From Rhizophagus irregularis (taxonomy: Eukaryota), in the NCBI RefSeq assembly GCF_026210795.1, contig NC_089429.1:7440001-7504000 (forward strand): DNA of 64,000 bases. Direction: 5' to 3'. Position numbers and translations under genes: made by a program. Under the pieces are notes generated by a model. It made no database searches and was not told where the DNA came from. It saw nothing but the letters and a program-made list of their open reading frames with translations. Below, piece after piece: positions 42,720 to 52,360 of this stretch; positions within the stretch are counted from its first letter, which is position 1; the number at the start of each line of letters is the position of its first letter.

Positions 42720-43183
42720 GTCGTCGGGCTGGATGTGGGTCTCCGCTACCGCTCCACCCACCTCGGCCTCACGGCCTCGCAGTACCTCCTTCCCCCTACG
42801 GGGGATCAGGAATCCCCATATATCCGCCACAATCTGGGACAACATATGGAACAAATATATATACCAAATAACTAGAAAACAATAGAAAAGGAAGGAATAA
42901 CGGATATAATGAGAGGGTTGTCCCGGATGTGGCAGATGTGGCAGATGTTTCAGAAAAATTATGAGAGGACATCCCCCCAGAAAAAGTTTTATTTTTACCC
43001 CCCCAGATCCGCCACATCCGGAACATCTGGAACAAGTCAGGATTCTGTCTAATAATCTATTGGAAGCAGTGAGACAGCAAACCAGGTAAATTAGTAGGTA
43101 AGCCCCTAGAAGGTCTATAGAGCCAGTAAGACCAACCCCGTCCCGCCCCCGTCAGAAAAAATAAGTAATTGAACAATGGGTAT
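42720..43183 (+). repeat. Left terminal inverted repeat (464 bp)
   Basis: Reverse complement of 56834-57296; I found about two substitutions and a few single-base indels in homopolymer runs. Confidence 0.97.
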
Positions 43184-43212
43184 ACCATAAGTAACCTATA
43201 AGGACAGATAAC

Positions 43213-43572
43213 ATGTATACCCCGCACGCAGTATCAGTAATTCCCGAACTTGTAGGCCATATCCTGGAACACATTCCAAGTAGCAATTTCGGGCCACGTC
43301 TTTTAGAAGTCAGCCCAATCTGGAAAGCCGAAGCTGAACGAGTACTCTGGAAGCGGCATAAAAAAGCCGAGGAGGCATACGACAATGCAGTAGAAAAGAA
43401 GGAAAAAGCAAATGATGCTCTTGGCCAATCATTGGAGGAGGAGGGTATCCTCCGTGAACTTGAATGGAAGGCGTATCAAAAGGCTTGTAAAGAGTTAACG
43501 GACACTAGAAAAAAGCTAACTATAGTAAAAGGAGCTCTTGAGCGGTTTGGATTTCAGATATATGTAGTTTGA
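43213..43572 (+). CDS. F-box-like protein with C-terminal coiled coil
   Basis: IPELVGHILEHI...LLEVSPIWKAEAERVLW resembles the F-box consensus (PxELxxxIF..L..V.+.W). Confidence 0.6.
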   Translation: MYTPHAVSVIPELVGHILEHIPSSNFGPRLLEVSPIWKAEAERVLWKRHKKAEEAYDNAVEKKEKANDALGQSLEEEGILRELEWKAYQKACKELTDTRKKLTIVKGALERFGFQIYVV

Positions 43573-43806
43573 AAAAGGGGAAGGGAAGATTTAGAGCAGT
43601 CGTAAAGGTTCGTGGTTTATAGTTTTTTTTTACCCCTAGAAGATAACCAGATATAACCAGAGGACCGGAGGACCGGAGGACCGCAGAATCGCAGGACCAT
43701 AAGACTACAGGAGGGTAAATTGGTAGGAGTGCAGATTTTTGGAAAAATATTCGGCAATTGAAGATTAGGTAACTATAAATTAGTACTCGATTTGATAGAA
43801 CAAAAA

Positions 43807-46361
43807 ATGACTGCCCAAACTAGCACTCAAGCTCAAGTTATCCCCAAGTTCGGTGAACAGAAGAAGGCTTTTAGTATTGATGAGCTTAAACGGCTCATTA
43901 ACGCTGCAAAGAATATGAGGGATCTCAATCAAGCTAAAGGTTATCTTTGCAGTTACTTTATCCCCTGCTCCAACCCACATGGAGTCTTCATGTGGCGATC
44001 AGAAATCAAAAACCTCGAGCATATCCCCGATAAAAATATTAGTAAACTTATCCGTCCAATTACCAAAGTCTTTTACACACAATCCGAACAAGGTCCTTCA
44101 CAAAAGGTTGAATTCAATATCAACAAATGGTTTATGATCGAATATAGTACTGTATGTGTAGCTACCTGTGACCCTCAAAAATCCCATATCTTTAAACTAG
44201 GTAGCCAACTTTATCTCAATATCTTCCCAGGATTTCTCCATATCCTGCGTCCGATATCCAATTTTGAGTCTACAACCCATCAGGGCAGTTAAATTTATCT
44301 TCTCCCACATTCAGGGATATCTGGTGTTCAGGCGATTGGAATCTTACTGAGTATATCATAAAGTGGTTGGCCGGTGTGGCAGCTGGAAGGAAAATGTATT
44401 CGATTCTCTACCTGAAATCTGGACAGGGTTGGGGTAAGAGTATTATAACAGATTTCATTCAACGTAGTGTCTTAGGTACTCAACTTGTTTATAAGACCAG
44501 CGATCCTCAAACGATTCTTGGAAGTTTCAATGGGCAATTACAGGGTAAGATTCTTCTCCTCCTCGAGGAAATGCCTACAGAAAAAAGCCAGTGGAATAAT
44601 CTGTATCGATCGTTGAAGGATAAGGTAACAGGTGACATAATGGAAATCCATGAAAAATACAAGACGCCAACACATTACAAAAACTTTATATCCACTATTG
44701 TACTCACCAATGAAAATGCTCTCAGAGTGGAGAATGACGATAGGCGCACAGTGTTCTTGGATGTGTCACCATCCCGCAAGGGAGACCTTAACTACTTTAA
44801 GAAACTCAGTGATGCTATGAAATACCCAGGCGCCAGTGAGGCATTCTATGCTTACTTGAGAGCCATTGCAGACACTTACCCAGACTTCAATGGGAATCCA
44901 CCACCTATGACAACATCTAAGCAGGATCACATCATATCAACTCTCCCACCCCTATTTCAATTCATAAAGGACACTTACCTCATAGTAAAAAATCATATAA
45001 CCGACCTACCTGTTCAAGAATTTTATAGGGTATATACTTCATACTGTGAAACTCATTGCATTACACCCCTATCAAAGATAAACGCTTCTAGAATCCTATC
45101 AAATGAGTTGGGTATAAATAGCAGAAAAATACGTGTAGGTAAGGCAACACCACGAGTTTACAGCATATCCAGGGAGGACCTTTACAAAAAGTTTCTCACC
45201 AAAAAATGGATCCACGAAACAGATGAAATCAATATAGAAGGAATAGATGTAGAAACTCCTGAGAAGCCCGCATCTGATCCCAAAGCCTTGGAAAAGTTCT
45301 TGGCAAATATATATAGCATTCCTGCTAATAATTCACAAGATGTACAAGAGAAACCTGCTGAGGAAAAACCCGCTCCTGTCAAGAAAAAGCCTACTGAAGA
45401 GAAATCTGCACTTGTAGTTCCCAAAAAGACTTCACCACCAGTACCACCCAAACCCGATTCCTTGAAGGTAAAACCCGCACCTGTCATCAATGAGGATCCT
45501 ATTCCTGAAGAATCTCCAGCTCCTATAGAGTCAGATACTGATGAACCTATAGATAGCTTTTCGGACTGTTATCTATCTGATGAGGAACCTGATCAAGAAA
45601 ATGAACCGCCTGCTGAGGAACCTGCATTTAAAGCTGATGATGACTACGACATTTTAGATGACTTGCTATCTGACTCAGATTTTACAACTGTGAACCCAGC
45701 TCCTGAACAACAACCCGAGTCTCCCGCAGAATTTTCTGCATCTGTTACTAAGCCTGACCCAGAACCGGCTCCTGAAGAGCAACCTATCCCAGAACCTGAC
45801 ACAGAACTAGAAGTTGACTGGGACCCTGAACCAAAGGAAGGTACTCGAGCACACTGGGCTTGGCATGAAAGGCACCGATGGGATCGTAAGCCATGGGTCA
45901 AGAATTCAAAGGACCAGGTCTTCAATAATCTCTACAATACAGGTAAGGATTTATGGGCTAAGTACCAAGACGTGTCAGACGACTATGACTGGGAAATACT
46001 CGCATTTGAAGTAGAGGAATGTCCCACAACACGTATTGAGGACGAGTATCAGTACTACCTTAGGGAGGTAGTAGACCACTTCAGGACTGGATAGAATATA
46101 ATGGGTACTTCACCTAAAACACCTAGCCGTAAAGAACTCGCAGATCTAATAAGAGCATATAAGGAGGATCATGATGCCGAGATTATCCCTACCACCTCCG
46201 GTTATGAAACTATGAAGATGAATAAGGGTAAAGCGCGAGAAATCCCCGAGGAATGTCCAAAAACTGATATGGAACGTGAATGGGAAGCCGCCAATGGAAT
46301 TGTTGACGACTGGGATGAAGAGGATCTTGATCGTGTATGCAGCAAGATTGACTCCTTTTAA
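43807..46361 (+). CDS. D5-like superfamily 3 helicase (primase-helicase type) with winged-helix region and long Pro/Glu-rich tail; frameshifts near 44285-44320 and a break at ~46094
   Basis: Walker A ILYLKSGQGWGKS, Walker B ILLLLEEM, motif C IVLTN, arginine finger DDRR in ORF 44367-46094. Confidence 0.88.
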
Positions 46362-46444
46362 TAAGATAAGTACTTCTTAGTTATCTTATATTTTTTGTAT
46401 AAAAAACCTATATTACAACTGAACACAATTCATAAATACATTAA

Positions 46445-48574
46445 ATGGTTTATTCAGAGATTGTCCGTGCTTTACCTACAAGACCGGATATCAAAGAATT
46501 ACAGTATTCAGGTGCAAGATTTTCCAGAGGAGCAATAGCAAGACTTGGACAGCGACTCCAATCGGTATCCGACACATAAATTTCAGATTCTGCTCCCCTA
46601 TGAAAACTGGAAACCCGGTGGATGGACATCAGGAAACCAACCAGCCAGCCTCTTCTCACTCTTGGACCACTACGACGAAGCACAACTACCGGATGACGCA
46701 GACCCTGATTATTTTGAACGATTCATAATTTATGTGAGAGATGCCCCACCGGTTGCAGGGGGTTGCAACGGGGAGCTAAATGATTGCCTGTATGAATGCC
46801 TGAAATATATCTACGGCACATTCTCTAAAATGCCAAAGTCAATCGAAAAGCCCGAGTATATCAAAAAGGCATTAGGTCTCAATCGTGATGCTCCAGTTCC
46901 AGTCTCATATATGGATAAGGTTGAACAACTTGCAGGAAGCCTTGCACTTAATATTGTAGGGGATTCCACTCGAATTTCTAAGAGCAAATCTGACAGATGT
47001 GCAACACTTATTTTGTCTGAAGGCCACTACTCTCTTGCACTGAATCCCGGAAGTAAGGTTGCTTGTCTAAACCTCTTCAAAATCCTACGATTAGTTTCGT
47101 CAAAATTTTACTATAGATTTATTATAGTTTCGGCAGAGTTTCGGCAGTTTCGGCATTTATAATAAGTTTCGGCAGTTTCGCCTTTCTCCAAAGTTTCGCC
47201 AGTTTTTTAATATAACTTTAATATAGTTTCGGCAGAATTTCGCTTTTCGGCGAAACGCCATCTTGCCTAAACCCCTAGGTTTCGGCAAGCAACCTTACCC
47301 GGAAGACTCCACCCTAGCAAATTAGATAGAAAACAAAAGTCTCCCTTTGTTTATCGTGAAGATGGGGTTAATAATGTAGTAACAATATACAATGGTAAGA
47401 CAGTTAAGTCTCTTACAGTTGGACAGTTTCAGAAAGGTAAGAACTCTGATAGTTACTCCTTCATCCCTATCGAGAAGAATTGTAAAACTGGAATATATGA
47501 AACACTTGAGGAAACATACCAGAGGATCCATGAAGAGCGGGATTCCTTCCTACAGGCTACAAAGAAGTTCGGTCTAGGAATCGACTTATCTTACCACAAC
47601 TGGTCGTACAAGAGAACTGCACTCTGGCTTTTGAACGGTTTAGTGTAGGGGTTCCAGCCAATGATCCTCTTGACCCAGTCGAAGCAGAGTGGATAAGTGA
47701 TGCAATGATGGGAGGTCTTATCTGGGCAGACAATGAATGGAAGGGTTATGGAAGGCAATACGACGTGACAAGTTTATATCCAAGTATTCAGCAATCAAAT
47801 GCAAACTTTCCAATCCGACAAGGTAAGTTTCAAATACTCAAAGACTTTGTAGACCATAGAGGTTATGCCTTGTATGGATTATTTCGTGCTAGCTTCCAGG
47901 GAGCGCCCAAGGGCAAGGTAAGTGGTAATGACATTCTCTTCCGACAGAATAAGAGGGGAGTCTATACATTTATTGACTTACAACGAGCAAAGAAACTTGG
48001 ACTCGATATACAGTTAATCCAGGATGGAAAGCCAAATGCCTTGATATATGACAGAGAAGCAAGAATTCCTGGGACTGTAATATTTGGTGAGTATGTCCAC
48101 TTTCTCTTCAATATAAAGAACCAGGGTGGCGTGGCCGGTCGTGTTGCAAAGAGAGTTCTCAATACACTATGGGGAGCACTCTGCCAGAGGAAACGCAATT
48201 ACAAGACACTCACTACAGATCAAACAGATCCATTCAAGTTTCCAGAAGGCCACACACTTGACTCCATCGTACCAGTAGGATCTGACCAGTGGCGATTCCA
48301 GTTCACAAACCCAGGTAGTCCCTTCAAGGGTGAGTATCCTAGGATCGCTCCATTCTTATTAGCACATGGACGGAAGACGACTTCAGAGTTATTAGAACCA
48401 TATAAGGATAAAGTACGACGCATCCATACAGATGGATTTATTCTAGAGGAACAGCCGAGTAGTCCTACACTTATCACTTGTCCAGAAAATGCATCCAAAG
48501 CATTGAAAGCTCTCAAGTTTGAAACCGCAGGATACTGCCATGTGAAAAATGCAAACAAGGTTATCTGGACATGA
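46445..48574 (+). pseudogene. Protein-primed-type family B DNA polymerase, split by a hAT MITE and frameshifts
   Basis: MGG..., motif A QYDVTSLYPS, motif B KRVLNTLWG, motif C IHTDGF, RIAPFLLAHGR; N-terminal NDCLYECL...GHY resembles the vOTU-like segment of pPolBs. Confidence 0.88.
47054..47297. mobile_element. hAT MITE inside the polymerase gene; deletion derivative of the 18915-20616 family
   Basis: TIR taaggttgctt / aagcaacctta; 8-bp duplication cccggaag at 47046-47053 and 47298-47305; ends nearly identical to those of 18915-20616. Confidence 0.95.
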
Positions 48575-48687
48575 TTGCCAAGAATGCGGTTGGGTTTACA
48601 GTAGGTATATATATTTTTTCTTGCTTGAATGTAAAGTCAATTTGAAGATTCCTATTTATTACAAAGTACAAAAAAGTATAAGGAATC

Positions 48688-49158
48688 ATGTCAACATATA
48701 CCGAATTAGCAAGCATTATTAACAGCACTGACAGCATTAGTGATAAAGTTATTTATGATGCATCACACAATCAGTTCACCATTGTCTCTGATGAAACTGT
48801 CCTCAAGATTATCCGTGCATTAAAAGACACTATAGTAGTCGCATTAGTATCTGGGTTTAGCAAAACCAGCTACCTTGTCCAGGATCATGTGAAGTATATT
48901 AAGCGAATCCAGACGGCAAATTCTCCTGTATCATATGTGAAGTTCGTGGCCAGAAAACTCTTCCCAGATAATGCGGCATATACTGCTAAGATAGCAAAAA
49001 TCCGTGAATCATACAAGAATAAACAAGCTCTCCTAGATAAGCTTGAGGTCCTCTTCGAATTGTATTATAATGCGACTAAGGACTTATCAACCGGTCCCCC
49101 AAAGCGAGCTATTACTAAAAACGAGGCTGAGAAAACCTTAGCAGAACTTCTTGCATAA
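48688..49158 (+). CDS. Hypothetical protein (156 aa, helical-looking)
   Basis: Clean ORF with upstream atttgaaga motif and downstream T-run. Confidence 0.7.
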   Translation: MSTYTELASIINSTDSISDKVIYDASHNQFTIVSDETVLKIIRALKDTIVVALVSGFSKTSYLVQDHVKYIKRIQTANSPVSYVKFVARKLFPDNAAYTAKIAKIRESYKNKQALLDKLEVLFELYYNATKDLSTGPPKRAITKNEAEKTLAELLA

Positions 49159-49251
49159 GCGGCTCCTGTACGAATTTAGTTTATATTTTTTATCCATTTG
49201 TAATGGGCATACAGTAATTGAAGATGGCTATAGTATAAGTAACATAACATC

Positions 49252-49666
49252 ATGTTGGACCGATTACCAGTAGAAATAGTTGAACGCATTGTTGCAAAGA
49301 TCCCAGATACTGACCTTATTGCAGCGAGTAAAGTAGATAGTATGTGGTGGCAGGAGGTTCGTCAAGAAGCATATAAGAGATGGAAAAATTACGCTACTAC
49401 AATTGGGCATGTCCAAGCTCTTGGAAAGCCGTTTGAAAAAGGGAATATTGACTGGATATCATTTGAAGATGTAAACGACTTCTATAAAAGATGGATAGAC
49501 CGCCTCACCGAGGATCAGCTTTATATTATGGAGAAAATGCTTAGGAATGGGATGGTCGTGGACCCCCGAGAGGGAAACCATAGAGCATGCATTAAGTAAA
49601 CAAAGATGGGGAGGCGACCCTTGGGGACTGAACTGGGAGTGGAATGAATGGACTCAACAGGAGTAG
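49252..49666 (+). CDS. F-box protein (probable frameshift near 49570; alternative end at 49666)
   Basis: MLDRLPVEIVERIVAKIPDTDLIAASKVDSMW matches the F-box consensus. Confidence 0.8.
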
Positions 49667-49677
49667 CTTATTTATCG

Positions 49678-49880
49678 GGTATCCTCATATTTCTTGACAA
49701 GGACTGATGACCATGTAACCTTATCATCAGGTATCCTTGCATTTTTTCGACAAGGATTGATGACCATGTAACCTTATCATCAGGTATCCTTGCATTTTTT
49801 AATAAGGATTGATGACCATGTAACCTTGTCATCAGGTATCCTTGCATTTTTTAATAAGGACTGATGACCGTGTCACTTGG
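49678..49880. repeat. Four tandem 52-53-bp repeats with internal dyad symmetry
   Basis: Units start at 49678, 49730, 49783, 49835 (ggtatccttgcattttt..aaggattgatgaccatgtaaccttatcatca). Confidence 0.92.
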
Positions 49881-49934
49881 TTATTGTAAATTGAAGAAAA
49901 CTATTAGGTATGTAGACACGTACAGAAAAAAGAC

Positions 49935-50516
49935 ATGTCTTACCCTTATATAGCTAACCCTATAACTGGACGTCCAATTATTATCGGTGGAGATACCTTT
50001 AATCGAATAGTTATGGAATCCCATGATTATATTGATGGAAGGCTTGTCCGTAGACAAACTGTACCTCCACCTGAAGAGCAACCTGTATATTTAAATACAG
50101 ATACAGGACGTTATGTTCGACGTGGTACTAGAACATATTATAGACTGATTGAGAGTGACTATGAGGTAGTTGAGGATTACTACCTTGTCCATTATGAAGA
50201 AGAGGCGCTCATAGAGGAAATCATTAATGAAACACGCTATAATGAGGAAAATCTTGATGGGCAGCGGTTAACTTTCAATGATATACAACAAATCAGAACT
50301 GCTATTCAGGCTGACCAAGATGAATATGATGATTTTATCTTACAGCAAGATACGACTAACGGAACACCTTCCTCCGGTCCTTCCAGTCGTCCACGAACTT
50401 TGGAGGACCATACCCCGAGACTTGCAGAGCTTAATATTGAGTTGTGTAGGGAATGTCTCATGCCTGTAAGCCCAAGTGACTTAACGGACAAGTTGTGCAA
50501 GGACTGCTCCGAATAG
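49935..50516 (+). CDS. Protein with two NPxTGR-type repeats (2-cysteine-adaptor-like) and a C-terminal Zn ribbon
   Basis: NPITGRPIIIGGDTFNRI and NTDTGRYVRRGTRTYYRL; CREC...CKDC at the C-terminus. Confidence 0.65.
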   Translation: MSYPYIANPITGRPIIIGGDTFNRIVMESHDYIDGRLVRRQTVPPPEEQPVYLNTDTGRYVRRGTRTYYRLIESDYEVVEDYYLVHYEEEALIEEIINETRYNEENLDGQRLTFNDIQQIRTAIQADQDEYDDFILQQDTTNGTPSSGPSSRPRTLEDHTPRLAELNIELCRECLMPVSPSDLTDKLCKDCSE

Positions 50517-50561
50517 TTACTTAATTTTGAATAATTCTTTTTTACATAAAGAAAGATAGCC

Positions 50562-51122
50562 ATGTCAACATCAATCGTAATAAACCAGTGCCAAAACTGT
50601 GGAGTAGTCACTCCAAAAACAGCATATAGAGGATTATCCAGTGTATTATACAGACAGATTATAAAGAAGATTAGTGATGAGAATGACCCTCTACAAGCCT
50701 TGGGACTTACTAGGGATAAGTTAGTTCAGATCATTCGTCGGGGAAGTAATGTGGACTTTACAAAATTGTTTACACAAAAACTGGATATGAATATTATGGA
50801 TGGAGAGCCATATGAAGATATTAGGAAGTGGCTTCTCGAACAGCTTATAGCCATAGGTTATGACAGTGGAGAAATTGCTTTATATCAATTTCTAAGGGAT
50901 ACATATCCAGATGGTATTGACGAGCCTTTCACTACATTCTATGAGAACTATGTAAATCATATAAGTAATCCAATGACTAAGAACTTTGCTTCTCGTGCTT
51001 TAGGAGCAATAGGGTTGAAGGCTAAGATGTTAAGGATTGACTTTGAAGGCCGTAAAAAAAGTGCTATGATTCTTAGAGCTTCTGCAGACGAATTACTTGA
51101 TATTCTCACAAGATACTATTAA
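50562..51122 (+). CDS. Hypothetical protein, C-terminus resembling a D5-type winged helix
   Basis: FTTFYENYVNH...MTKNFASRALGAIGLKAKMLR parallels VQEFYRVYTSY...LSKINASRILSNELGINSRKIR in the helicase. Confidence 0.55.
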   Translation: MSTSIVINQCQNCGVVTPKTAYRGLSSVLYRQIIKKISDENDPLQALGLTRDKLVQIIRRGSNVDFTKLFTQKLDMNIMDGEPYEDIRKWLLEQLIAIGYDSGEIALYQFLRDTYPDGIDEPFTTFYENYVNHISNPMTKNFASRALGAIGLKAKMLRIDFEGRKKSAMILRASADELLDILTRYY

Positions 51123-52329
51123 TCCCTACTTGTAATGCTCGACGGTTCATATGGCTCTTAGAAAAGATTTGTAGAAGGACTTCAATACCTTCTATTATTT
51201 GTTTATTATCCAGAGGGTGACTAGACTTCAGGGCTTCATATCGGGAGAATAACTCCTTCACATTCTCAGTTTTCAGAGTTTCAGTCGTTGCAGTCCTACC
51301 CTGTACTTTTGCTAAGAAATCCTGAAAGTCAGCTCCTAGGGTCTTACCAGAGAGTCCATAAGCTTCCCGAAAGACATATTTAATCCAGGTATCTGTATTC
51401 TTGGCTAAGACACCAGGTACAAGTAAATGTTGACGTTCTTTAGGGGATGGAAATACCCGAGCAAATTCAATCAAGTGTCCACCTTTTTTTGCTTCAAATA
51501 CAGCTTTCTGACCATAGGGACTAAACTTGGATCGAACTGTGATTGAACTGGGTTCAGACTGAGATCGAACTGGGTTCAAACTTGGATCAAACTGAGATTG
51601 AACTGAGATCGAACTAGGATTGAACTGAGATTGCTCTGTGATCGAACTGAGACTAGTATCCCATCTTACTCGAATGGACAGTGGATCACTTTTGGACCGT
51701 CTAAGATCAAACACTACAAATTCACGTTGCAGAGTAAGATCATCAATTACTGGTGCTAATGACTCTGATTCTTTTGTATATAGGCGGATGATTCTCTTGG
51801 TATCTGTAAGGCTCCCATGACCTCCATGCAGTGAGATGTAGTTAACATTTTCTCGAATAGCCTTAGGAATGGCAAAGAATCTTTGGGCTACATAAATACA
51901 TGAAATATTTTTGTGTCGTCCATGTGTAAAGTAACCAGTGATGAGATCCTGGATTTTTTTAGGTGCATCCATCAGATCCTCGAAGATTACCACAGTAGCT
52001 TGAGTAGGGTCGAAGGAGTCAATCTCTGGAATCTCACTATGGGTTACTGCAGTGAATGGGATCTTCTCCTCTTCGAAAAAATCATGTACAACTGCCCACT
52101 TCGGCTCGTCAAGATATCTGCCAACTAAAAGTACTGCATCACATAGTACATACCGATTACCATCCTCCTTTGCTTTCTTGTCACCCATTAACAAATTAAT
52201 GATCATAGTTGTCTTACCTGAGTCTGAGCTACCTGCTACGGCTAATCGAAAGGGCCATGATGGAGCAAACTCATTGCCTTGTCTTGAGTCGGTCGTGTAC
52301 TCGTCCAAATTGTATACATAAAGATCCAT
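51106..52329 (-). CDS. A32-like (FtsK-HerA) DNA packaging ATPase
   Basis: PFRLAVAGSSDSGKTT (Walker A), VVIFEDL (Walker B), YFTHGRHKNISCIYVAQ and IPKAIREN, the A32 family signature; uninterrupted 407-aa ORF. Confidence 0.92.
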   Translation of the reverse strand: MDLYVYNLDEYTTDSRQGNEFAPSWPFRLAVAGSSDSGKTTMIINLLMGDKKAKEDGNRYVLCDAVLLVGRYLDEPKWAVVHDFFEEEKIPFTAVTHSEIPEIDSFDPTQATVVIFEDLMDAPKKIQDLITGYFTHGRHKNISCIYVAQRFFAIPKAIRENVNYISLHGGHGSLTDTKRIIRLYTKESESLAPVIDDLTLQREFVVFDLRRSKSDPLSIRVRWDTSLSSITEQSQFNPSSISVQSQFDPSLNPVRSQSEPSSITVRSKFSPYGQKAVFEAKKGGHLIEFARVFPSPKERQHLLVPGVLAKNTDTWIKYVFREAYGLSGKTLGADFQDFLAKVQGRTATTETLKTENVKELFSRYEALKSSHPLDNKQIIEGIEVLLQIFSKSHMNRRALQVGINSIL

Positions 52330-52360
52330 TTGAATTTTATTCTAACTTAGTTTAAATACT

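Noticed and set aside
42720..43035. ORFs in the TIRs (42796-43035, 56982-57248) and the extension of 41701-42885 past 42719
   Set aside because: Incidental frames in GC-rich repeats, not preserved between the two TIR copies; the extension is read-through from the LINE into the insertion.
48688..51122. One of the unassigned ORFs as a jelly-roll capsid protein
   Set aside because: All are under 200 aa and look helical or Zn-binding rather than beta-rich; structure prediction is still needed to exclude this formally.
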